From positions 2,720 through 66,719 of the forward strand of contig JAPOYA010000005.1 in the NCBI GenBank assembly GCA_026706815.1: a stretch of 64,000 nucleotides of DNA, given 5' to 3'. The notes under the pieces are model-generated. The model did no database searches, was not told the DNA's origin, and saw nothing but the letters and a program-made list of their open reading frames with translations. The DNA is from Acidimicrobiaceae bacterium (GTDB lineage Bacteria; Actinomycetota; Acidimicrobiia; Acidimicrobiales; Aldehydirespiratoraceae). Numbering within the stretch: position 1 is the first letter of the stretch; every line of letters starts with the position of its first letter. Below are positions 39,028 to 46,592 of this stretch, piece after piece. Position numbers and translations under genes: made by a program.

Positions 39028-39885
39028 TCAGTCGGTCTGCGGGGCTCTGTCGGCGAGCCACGCGCGCCAGCGAGCGTCGTCGTGCTCGGCTGCGGCGGCG
39101 CCCTCGGGTCCGTAGAGGTACAGCCAGACCGAGACCATCGTGACCCCGCCTCCGTCCTCGGAGGTCAGGAATGCCGTGCCGGGGGCGGGGGAGTCCACCA
39201 GCAGGGTGATGCGGCGGGGGCCGGTCTCGATGACCGTTCCGCCCAGCTTCGTTTCGTCGTCGGCGGCCACATCGAGGCGGTCGCCCACTGCGGGCATGCC
39301 GCTGATGCCGAGCCCGCCGGTGAGGATCTCCCACCCCTCGCCGGGCGTGACCGGCCACATGGCCATCGGCAGCGCCGAGGTTGCGGTCTGGCCGGCGAAG
39401 TGCTCGAGGTGCAGTTGCAGGTTCGCCATGAACAGCTTCCAGCCGTTGACCATGGCGTCGTACTGTGGATCGCCGTCGCCGAAACCGGCGTTGTGCAGGC
39501 GCACGGTGCAGGTGTTGTCGCCGTGCGGTTCGACGGTCCACTCGAAGGTGAGGCCGTCGACGCCCTCGCCGCCGTCGAACACCACCCGCTGCGGCGGCTC
39601 CCACACGGCGACCCGGCCGGCGATCTGCATCTCGGGCTCGGGCCCGAACGAGGCCGTAGCCGTTCCCCCAGAGCGCTCCTCGACGGTGTGCGGCACGTAC
39701 CACGACGAGATCCCCGGCCCCGTCGCCACCGCTCGCCACACCGTCTCGATGTCGCCGATCACCTCGACCGACAGATCAATGGCCCGTCCTGTGCCCGTCA
39801 TTCCCACAGCCTGCCGCGTCCCAGCCACGTTTGCGACCCGGGCATCGCTCTTCGGCTGATGGCGGTCGGTCTCAAAGACCGTCAA
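39028..39885 (-). CDS. SRPBCC / AHSA1-like family protein
   Basis: 285-aa ORF with the segment IETVWRAVATGPGISSWYVP...VAVWEPPQRVVFDG...TFEWTVEPHGDNTCTVRLHNAGF. The likely start is the internal MTGTGRAIDL. Confidence 0.7.
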   Translation of the reverse strand: MTVFETDRHQPKSDARVANVAGTRQAVGMTGTGRAIDLSVEVIGDIETVWRAVATGPGISSWYVPHTVEERSGGTATASFGPEPEMQIAGRVAVWEPPQRVVFDGGEGVDGLTFEWTVEPHGDNTCTVRLHNAGFGDGDPQYDAMVNGWKLFMANLQLHLEHFAGQTATSALPMAMWPVTPGEGWEILTGGLGISGMPAVGDRLDVAADDETKLGGTVIETGPRRITLLVDSPAPGTAFLTSEDGGGVTMVSVWLYLYGPEGAAAAEHDDARWRAWLADRAPQTD

Positions 39886-39929
39886 GGTCCATGTATCTTG
39901 TCGACCCGTGAGCGGAGAGACCGAACAGC
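39883..39929. repeat. 47-bp direct repeat, copy 1 (partner at 42128-42174)
   Basis: CAAGGTCCATGTATCTTGTCGACCCGTGAGCGGAGAGACCGAACAGC versus CAAGGTCCATGTATCTTGTCGCCCCGTGAACGGGGAGAGCGAACAGC; 43 of 47 positions are identical. Confidence 0.8.
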
Positions 39930-39947
39930 CGCCTTGAGCCGGAAGCT

Positions 39948-41177
39948 TCAGGTCCAGAGCGCGCAGATGGGAATGGCGTCGATCTGTTCTGAGAGACGGT
40001 ACTTTCGGCGACCGATATGGAGGACGGCGCCCGCTGTGAAGTGGCTCCCCAACTGGTCTCGGAGCCAGATGAGGTGGCGGGCGTCGGCGGTGCTGGGGGC
40101 GGTGGCCGCTTTGACCTCGACGGCGACAATGCCTCGCGCTCCGTAGTCGGCGATCAAAGCGACCTCATGGCGGCCGTCGGCCACCCGCAGGTGGCACAGT
40201 TGCGGACCGCGGGACATCAGCGCTGTCTCGGCCCGTAGTTGGTTGATTGCAAAACTCTCGATGAGCCTGCCGAGCAGGTCTCCGCTGGACATCACAGTCG
40301 CGGCATCGACTCCAACCGCGGCCCCCCACAAGCCGGTGTCGGCCACGAGCCGTTTTCGTCCTTTGACGAGCCGTGCCAGGCGATTGTTGTGCCACGGCGG
40401 GAGTTCGGCGATGACTCCGAGGTCGCTGAGCAACTGCGTGTAGGCGGCGCCAGTCCGGTGGTTGACCGACGCGGCGCTGTTGAGGGTGGAATCCGTAGCG
40501 AGACCTGCTGTGTTGAGCGCATAGGCAGAAAAGAACCTCGCCAAGCGGGCGCTGTCGGGCGAGGCGCCCAAGGTGGCCGGGTCACGGTTCAACATGTGGC
40601 TTAGGTAGCCGTCGAGCCAGGCTTCACGGCGCGCTGGTTCCTGCTCCAAGACTGCCTCGGGAAAGCCTCCCGTGAGCGCTCGCTCCACATAACCGTGCAG
40701 GTCGGGCGGATCCGCCGGCAGTTGAATCCCTGTTCCGGTGCGCAGCCGTTCAAGGAACTCGACACCGATGTTGCCAAGCTGCTCGCGTGCCGTCATCGGA
40801 TGCATGGTCACCGGTAGCAGGCGACCCGTGCCGGGCCACAGGTGGGGATCGCGAACGGAGCGGACCGACCCGCTGAGGATGAACCTTCCCCGAGCACGGT
40901 CGGTGTCGACAGCTCGTTTGACTGCGCCGAGCACTTCGGGGACGAACTGCCATTCGTCGAGCAGCACCGGAGGTTCGAGACCTCTCAGCGCGGCGTCGGG
41001 ATCGGCTCGCACAGCAGCAGCCTCTTCGGGATTGTCGAGTCGAATCACCGTCGCTGCGTGCTGACGGGCAGTGGTCGTCTTGCCGGTCGCCCGCGCGCCG
41101 GTGACGAACAACGCCGCGGGGGATTCGGCCAAGAACTCGATCCGAGCATCGGCCATACGGGGAACATAACCCTTCAC
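39948..41177 (-). CDS. AAA+ ATP-binding protein of the DUF4143 type (COG1373-like)
   Basis: 409-aa ORF with Walker A GARATGKTT, Walker B LLDEWQ, and a C-terminal DUF4143-like region. Confidence 0.75.
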   Translation of the reverse strand: MKGYVPRMADARIEFLAESPAALFVTGARATGKTTTARQHAATVIRLDNPEEAAAVRADPDAALRGLEPPVLLDEWQFVPEVLGAVKRAVDTDRARGRFILSGSVRSVRDPHLWPGTGRLLPVTMHPMTAREQLGNIGVEFLERLRTGTGIQLPADPPDLHGYVERALTGGFPEAVLEQEPARREAWLDGYLSHMLNRDPATLGASPDSARLARFFSAYALNTAGLATDSTLNSAASVNHRTGAAYTQLLSDLGVIAELPPWHNNRLARLVKGRKRLVADTGLWGAAVGVDAATVMSSGDLLGRLIESFAINQLRAETALMSRGPQLCHLRVADGRHEVALIADYGARGIVAVEVKAATAPSTADARHLIWLRDQLGSHFTAGAVLHIGRRKYRLSEQIDAIPICALWT

Positions 41178-41339
41178 GTCACCACACTACCAGTTCTGCA
41201 CAGTCACCAGTACAACTTTCACACACTCTTCGTTGCAACTACTGCATGACCGACTGGTCGGGGCAGAGATCGCTTTGTAGTCTGTTCCACGGGCCGGGAG
41301 TGCTACGACAACGACTTGGACGCTATGAACGCCGGGCAG

Positions 41340-41943
41340 GCGCAGTTGGGGAGTCGTGTTCCTCGACAGCTTCGATCAGGCGATAGACACCGAGGAAGGG
41401 TTGTCTTTGGGGGGGAGGTATATCCGGCGCTGTTGTGGCGCTCCGCGAGTTGCCGCGCCCGGTCTACCGCGCCCTTTCGTGACTGCATGTACGACCTGCT
41501 GTCGAGGCCTTTCGCCGGTGAGGCATCGTGCTTGCGGAGGATGCTGCGAGCTTGTCGGTTGTCGATCGGGCGTGTGTGATCCTGGTGCTGCAGGATGAGC
41601 CACAGTTCGAAGCACGGGTTGGAGATCGCAACGCTGATGTGTTGTCCCGTGCCATCTGAATTTGCGTCGTGGAGGCGTGGGTGCTGGGTCGGCGCCTCGA
41701 CATCGAACACGCGCCAATACTCAGTGACGGCTTCTTCGTCCGCATGCTCGTCGCGCCGAGCCTGTTTGGCTTCGGCAACGAGTCGGTGTGGGTCGTAGCC
41801 CTTGCCGCGTACCTCCAATACTGCGTGCTGGCGAACTTGCTCGACCGTGCGAGAGCCTTCAGGTATTTGGGTTCTGTTTGCTCTCCCTCGCAGAAAATAA
41901 CGAATAGCTTGCGCTTGTCGGTTCGGGGTCGCCCGCGGCGCAA
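41340..41943 (-). pseudogene. RloB-like gene, frameshifted paralogue of 45957..46583
   Basis: ORF 41464..41943 starts with the RloB motif (KLFVIFCEGEQTEPKYLKAL) and then loses frame. The rest of the homology (LEVRGKGYDPHRLVAEAKQARRDEHADEE...ISVAISNPCFELWLILQHQDHTRPIDN...) continues in the frame of ORF 41303..42100. The frame is lost again near the 3' end. Confidence 0.75.
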
Positions 41944-41990
41944 GGACCCTGGTTTTCCGGTGTCGCGAAGGCATGGCAGTCTTTAGGCGA

Positions 41991-42127
41991 TCAGCCCAGA
42001 GCCTTGTGCACGATGTCCTGGTCGACCATCGGTACGCCACCGAAGCGGCCTTGGAGGTATCCGCGTTCGAGGTTTGTCGATTTCCGCACGCGGTCTCCAC
42101 GGAAATCCGACAGTGGCGTCAAGGCAG
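41991..42127 (-). pseudogene. 3' remnant (about 45 codons) of an AAA_21 ATPase gene, paralogue of 46593..47894
   Basis: Own translation: LTPLSDFRGDRVRKSTNLERGYLQGRFGGVPMVDQDIVHKALG-stop. The intact copy reads ALTPLSDFRGDRVRKSTNLERGYLQGRFGGVPIVDQYLVREALGIDA. Homology stops at the 47-bp repeat. Confidence 0.75.
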
Positions 42128-42174
42128 CAAGGTCCATGTATCTTGTCGCCCCGTGAACGGGGAGAGCGAACAGC
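42128..42174. repeat. 47-bp direct repeat, copy 2 (partner at 39883-39929)
   Basis: See copy 1. This copy contains the hairpin CCCCG-ttca-CGGGG. Confidence 0.8.
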
Positions 42175-42203
42175 GGGTTGGCGCTGCAGGGTCGCGCTGC
42201 CGT

Positions 42204-42635
42204 CTAGACGGTGAGAATTTCGAACGGCAGTTGTGCGATGAGAGCCTTGGGCCATCCGCGGTCAGTCGTTAGCAGTGCTGTGGCATCGTTGACGATCGCG
42301 GTCGCGACCACAAAAGCGTCGGGCAGCTTGAGGGAACTGTATTCGGCTCGAATGCGTGCTGCTCGGCGTGCCGTGTCTGAATCGGCGTTGAGGACCCCGA
42401 TTGGGATCGTCGCGAGCGCTGCTTCGAGTTCTTTGTCAGCACCGCCTCCTGCAGCCATGGGGTGCACGAGGCACTCGGCGAAGGCCGTCACGGGCAGCAT
42501 CAGACGCTCAGCCGTAGCCGCTAGTTGTGAAAGCGCTCGCGTAGCGGCGTGGTGGTGGCGGTCGGATCGGTCAAGGTGTCCGACGATTACCCCGGCATCT
42601 ACGACGGCCAAGCCAGTTGTGTCAGTCCCACTCAT
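42204..42635 (-). CDS. vapC: PIN-domain toxin VapC
   Basis: The track ORF is 42204..42698. The start was trimmed to the ATG at 42635 (MSGTDTTGLAVVDAGVIVGHL). Conserved acidic PIN residues are present (VVDAG, AFAE, LPDAFVVATA, TTD). It overlaps the antitoxin stop. Confidence 0.8.
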   Translation of the reverse strand: MSGTDTTGLAVVDAGVIVGHLDRSDRHHHAATRALSQLAATAERLMLPVTAFAECLVHPMAAGGGADKELEAALATIPIGVLNADSDTARRAARIRAEYSSLKLPDAFVVATAIVNDATALLTTDRGWPKALIAQLPFEILTV

Positions 42636-42870
42636 CGCGGAGTTCTTCGACTGCGCCGTCGGGGTAGATCCCGTCGAAGACACCAGCGGTTTCGGCAATC
42701 CGGTCAGCGACGCGTTCGAACAGGACGCGACCGGGACCCAGTGCTCGGCCTTGCAAAGAGTCGCCTTCGGCCAACCCTGCTGCTGCGAAAGCGCCGGCTG
42801 GGATGGTCACTTGGTGTTTGGAGGTGATCCTCGTCCAACCGGGCCGACGTTTCCTTACTAATTTGGACAT
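42622..42870 (-). CDS. vapB: AbrB/SpoVT-fold antitoxin VapB
   Basis: 82 aa from the ATG at 42870 (MSKLVRKRRPGWTRITSKHQVTIPAGAFAAAGLAEGD), the classic SpoVT/AbrB swapped-hairpin motif. Confidence 0.75.
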   Translation of the reverse strand: MSKLVRKRRPGWTRITSKHQVTIPAGAFAAAGLAEGDSLQGRALGPGRVLFERVADRIAETAGVFDGIYPDGAVEELRDEWD

Positions 42871-42943
42871 GAGTAATACTCTATCAGAGGCAATTGCGCG
42901 GCGATCAAAGGGTTTGACCTCCGATGTTGCTGGACTGTGACTA

Positions 42944-43236
42944 TCAGGTGCTTCGGTGGGCAGTGGGGAGAGCACCCACTGCTTCGCCGACCTTCCTAGC
43001 GGCGACAGCCAAGTCGTGTTGGGCTTGCAGGTTCATCCAATATTGAGGTTCGACGCCGAACCAGTGCAGCACTGGTGCAGCGCTGTGTCACCGGTTACGG
43101 ATCGCTTGCCGACGATGATCTGAGACATCCGATTAGCCGGCACAGCAATCTGGCGCGCCGATTCGGTCGGTGTGATGCCCAACTCGTCCAACTCGCCCTT
43201 CAGCACTTCCCCTGGATGCACCACCCGTCGCAGCAT
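42944..43236 (-). pseudogene. higA: HigA-type XRE antitoxin, frameshifted by an 11-bp insertion
   Basis: ORF 43033..43236 reads MLRRVVHPGEVLKGELDELGITPTESARQIAVPANRMSQIIVGKRSVTGDTAL and then loses frame. Removing ACCAGTGCTGC restores ALHWFGVEPQYWMNLQAQHDLAVAARKVGEA... with a stop at 42944. Confidence 0.65.
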
Positions 43237-43254
43237 GGCTGATTCCCCCTTCTG

Positions 43255-43317
43255 TCAGTGATAGTCCACAATCTCGACATCGGTCAGCCCCTGCCCCTCC
43301 AACCAGCTAAACGGCCG
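43255..43317 (-). pseudogene. higB: HigB/RelE-type toxin, C-terminal 20-codon remnant
   Basis: Own translation: RPFSWLEGQGLTDVEIVDYH-stop, the typical HigB C-terminus. Upstream homology is replaced by an AT-rich patch (43318-43395). Confidence 0.5.
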
Positions 43318-43414
43318 TTAAATCATTTTCAGATAGTAAAAATATATAATAAGAGCTAAAAAGTCATCATGTACAAGGAAGCATTTGCAAGCTGGGTGCT
43401 GAGTGCCGCCGTTA

Positions 43415-43475
43415 CGCTAGACGGCCCCGGCCGAAGCCGGGGCCGAGGGCCAGGGCTGCTCACCCCGGCGGGGTT
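43415..43475 (-). repeat. ~60-nt double-hairpin element, copy 1 of 3 (reverse orientation)
   Basis: The reverse complement AACCCCGCCGGGGTGAGCAGCCCTGGCCCTCGGCCCCGGCTTCGGCCGGGGCCGTCTAGCG aligns with the copies at 48376 and 61789. Confidence 0.8.
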
Positions 43476-43525
43476 GGTGAGAGCGTACCTGCATCGTCCG
43501 GCGATTGAAACAGAGACCGAGAAAG

Positions 43526-44153
43526 ATGGCTGCTGAACGTGTGACCGCGTACGTGGACGGGTTCAACCTCTACTACGGCCTACTGGAAGCTCGACTTCGG
43601 AGTTCGCGCTGGCTTGACCTGCGCTTTTTGTGTGAGTCGCTGCTGCGTCCCTCTCAGCGACTCACCCTGGTTCGGTATTTCACCAGCATTGTCCGGAACC
43701 AGCCGGATGCAGCCGAACGCCAAGGCATGTACATAGATGCACTTAGAGCGACCGGCCTGATCGAAATCGACTTCGGTCACTTTCTTCCCAAGACAACCTA
43801 CTGCCGGAGGTGTGGTTTCATCCACCGGAGCGCTGAAGAGAAAAAAGACGGATGTGAATATCGCAGTGCGACTCCTTGAGGACGCATATAGCGACCGGTT
43901 CGATCTGGCGATGCTGATTTCGGCGGACAGCGATCTGGTTCCTCCGGTGGAGTCCATTCGTCGGGACTTCCCTGCGAAGACGGTCCTGGTTGCGAGTCCG
44001 CCGAAGCGATGGTCCAGCGAACTTGCCTGCGTCGCACATGCCACAACCAGAATTTCAGGAAAGCGCATCCGATTGAGCCGTCTCTCGGACCCTGTGCGCT
44101 TGGCGGACGGAACGCTGTTACGGGCCCCGCAGGGATGGCTGCCCTCGTCCTGA
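43526..44153 (+). pseudogene. NYN (LabA/DUF88-like) domain protein, +1 frameshift in an A6 run at 43841-43846
   Basis: ORF 43505..43879 (AYVDGFNLYYGLLEARLRSSRWLDL...) and ORF 43812..44153 (TDVNIAVRLLEDAYSDRFDLAMLISADSDLVPPVESIR...) are collinear with the single-frame paralogue at 61100..61723. Confidence 0.7.
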
Positions 44154-44329
44154 GTCTTGGTTCGGTCCGTGGCGGTCGAACCGGTCGGGCCTGCCGTTGG
44201 GCGTGTTGCCGGATGGACTCCGCTGTGTCAGTCTTTCTGCGAACACGGCACGCGGCAACCACCTCGCGCGAACTCACAACTAGCTGTCTCTGTCCCTTGA
44301 CAGGTCGCAGCGTCGGATGCCGTCCTGAA

Positions 44330-45217
44330 TTAGGTCCGAGCGGCTGTCTTCGAATGGCTGTCTCGTCGTCGGTACGGGCGCGTGCTGAGCATGCGTTGGG
44401 ACAGAGCGTCTAGGTGCCCGGTGATCATCGAGTCGACGACACGTCGGCGTGCTTCGTCGAAGTCCGCCCGGTCTTGTCCTTGGACGATGTAGGCGTTGAT
44501 CGTTGCGTGGCCCAGTCCTTGGTGCTTGAGCACTTCGGCAGACACGCGATGATCCTCGGCGCGTCGGCTAGCCATCTGCGAGCCGCGGAAGGCGATGAGT
44601 GAGGCGGCGAAAACGCCTCCCCGCGAGAGCCAGGCCGCGAAGGTGCTGTCCGGGGGGTTGTACCAGACCGCCACGATGCCGACTGCCACGCCGATCAACG
44701 TTGCGATCAACCACCAGCGTGCCTCTTTGACGGCCTTCAGGTATGCCTGGTGCTCGTGGTCTGCGCGTTCGATCTGCTGCCCGGCGATCACCTGATCCTT
44801 GATGACGTTTAGGGACTCCCTTCCGGTCGCGATCATCGCTTCTACCTCGTTGCGCTTCTCGTTGATGAGTTCATCAACCTCGCGGCTCTTCGTGTCCGCA
44901 ATGCTCTTGGCCTCCTCCGAAACCGTCGCAGATCTCTGCAACGCGGACTCCGCGTCGTCAAGCACGGTTTGCGCTCTGGCCATCTGCGTTTCGTGTTCCT
45001 GTTGCTGCGCGTCGAGTTGAGCCTTCGCACGTTCGTTGAACTGCTTGCGATCCTCGCTCCAGCCTTGTCGGCTCTCGAACACCTTCGGGGTTGTGTTCAC
45101 TTGACCTACCCTGTCTGATCCTCGATCGTTCCCCACCCCTTGTGTTGTGGGATCGTTCAGCCGGTTGGCTGACTGGTGTCGAAAATAGTGAGGGGCTGTG
45201 ACAGTGATCCCGGGCAC
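44330..45217 (-). CDS. hypothetical coiled-coil membrane protein (two predicted TM helices)
   Basis: 295-aa ORF with an alternative GTG start at 45100 after AGGGTAGG. It has a long charged coiled-coil segment, then WWLIATLIGVAVGIVAVWY and GGVFAASLIAF. It is the last gene of the ATPase/RloB cluster. Confidence 0.5.
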   Translation of the reverse strand: MPGITVTAPHYFRHQSANRLNDPTTQGVGNDRGSDRVGQVNTTPKVFESRQGWSEDRKQFNERAKAQLDAQQQEHETQMARAQTVLDDAESALQRSATVSEEAKSIADTKSREVDELINEKRNEVEAMIATGRESLNVIKDQVIAGQQIERADHEHQAYLKAVKEARWWLIATLIGVAVGIVAVWYNPPDSTFAAWLSRGGVFAASLIAFRGSQMASRRAEDHRVSAEVLKHQGLGHATINAYIVQGQDRADFDEARRRVVDSMITGHLDALSQRMLSTRPYRRRDSHSKTAART

Positions 45218-45316
45218 GTCCGAGCAGAGGTGTTGCGTCCTGGCTGGACTGGGTTGAACCGAGTGATCTGGTTTAGGCTGATACTGCGGCGACGCCGCCA
45301 GGCCTCTCTGCGAGAG

Positions 45317-45934
45317 TCAGTAGATGAATCGGAAACCGAGCGTCTCGCAGAGGTAGCTGTGATTCTTGCGCAGGTGTTTGTCGGCGGCACTGATTCGGCT
45401 GTACCTGCCCAGCGCTTCAAGCAACACGATCTCAAAGGCAGCCCAGTTCAGGTCGCTGTCGACGTCTCTTCGATAACCGATTACGGCGCGAGCTCCGGTA
45501 TTTTCTTGGAATTTTCTGATTCGCGATTCACCGACTCGCATGACCGAACAGGAACCGAAGTGGACTATGCGATTTTCTGCCTGCCCGTCGATCATGGCTT
45601 CGAGATCGTCTAGGGAAACACTGCGTTTGCCGTCGAGCCAGAGTTTTCCTGGACTGCCGTGGAATCCGAAGTAGCCGACTTGATAGTCGGAGTAGCGTTT
45701 CAGCAGCCATTTGTTGAGGTAGTGCTCAAGTTCGGGGATCGTGGCGACTCTGCGGTGAATGAACTTGAGTTCTCCGATTTCTTGGATCGTGTGGAGCATC
45801 GGTTCAATGCTCCAACGGACGCGCAGGTCAAGCTCCCAGTCACCCTCGAACGCGAACACACCGGCGGCTATCGCAGAGCGAGTCGATGCCTCGCGCCCAG
45901 TCGTTGTGGTAGCCGGATGCGCTTGCTTGGCCAT
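45317..45934 (-). CDS. hypothetical protein with a CHAT/caspase-like His...Cys motif order
   Basis: 205-aa ORF containing VGYFGFHGSPGKLWL, IVHFGSCSVM and GARAVIGYRRDVDSDLNWAAFEIVLLEAL. It starts 22 nt after the RloB stop. Confidence 0.55.
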   Translation of the reverse strand: MAKQAHPATTTTGREASTRSAIAAGVFAFEGDWELDLRVRWSIEPMLHTIQEIGELKFIHRRVATIPELEHYLNKWLLKRYSDYQVGYFGFHGSPGKLWLDGKRSVSLDDLEAMIDGQAENRIVHFGSCSVMRVGESRIRKFQENTGARAVIGYRRDVDSDLNWAAFEIVLLEALGRYSRISAADKHLRKNHSYLCETLGFRFIY

Positions 45935-45956
45935 ACGGTCGAACTACCGTATTCGG

Positions 45957-46583
45957 TTAACGTGACTGTTCCTCGACAACTTCGATCAGGCGATAGACAC
46001 CCGACGAGGGGTTGTCGTCGGGGAAGGTCTGTCCGGCGTTTTTGTGTCGTTCCGTGAGCCGCCGCGCCCGGTCGACGGCATCCTTTCGTGACTCCATGTA
46101 CAACTTGCTGTCGAGCCCTTTCTCCGGTGATGGGTCGTGTTTGCGGAGGATGCTGCGAGCTTGCTGGTTGTCGATCGGGCGTGTGTGATCCTGGTGGTGC
46201 AGGATGAGCCACAGTTCGAAGCACGGGTTGGATATCGCAACTTTGATGTCGTTGTCTCGAGCCATCTGGATTGCGTCGTGGAGGCGGGAGTGCTGGGTCG
46301 GCACCTCAACATCGAATACACACCAATACTCAGTGCCGGCTTCTTCGTCCGCATGCTCGTCTAGCCGAGCCTGTTTGGCTTCGGCAACGAGTCGGTGTGG
46401 GTCGTAGCCCTTGCCGCGCACATCCAATATTGAGTGCGGGCGGACGTCCGCAAGAGCGTTGAGCGCTGTGAGGTACACAGGTTCCGTGACCTTGCCTTCG
46501 CAATAGATGACGTATCGCTTCCGTTCGTCGATTCGTGGTCGCCGACGGCGCAGGGGTTTCCCTTTCCGATGCCTTGGATTCAC
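45957..46583 (-). CDS. RloB-like (TOPRIM-like) protein
   Basis: 208-aa ORF with RYVIYCEGKVTEPVYL, YWCVFDVE and VAISNPCFELWLILHHQDH motifs. It starts 9 nt after the ATPase stop. Confidence 0.75.
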   Translation of the reverse strand: MNPRHRKGKPLRRRRPRIDERKRYVIYCEGKVTEPVYLTALNALADVRPHSILDVRGKGYDPHRLVAEAKQARLDEHADEEAGTEYWCVFDVEVPTQHSRLHDAIQMARDNDIKVAISNPCFELWLILHHQDHTRPIDNQQARSILRKHDPSPEKGLDSKLYMESRKDAVDRARRLTERHKNAGQTFPDDNPSSGVYRLIEVVEEQSR

Positions 46584-46592
46584 CGCGGGACC

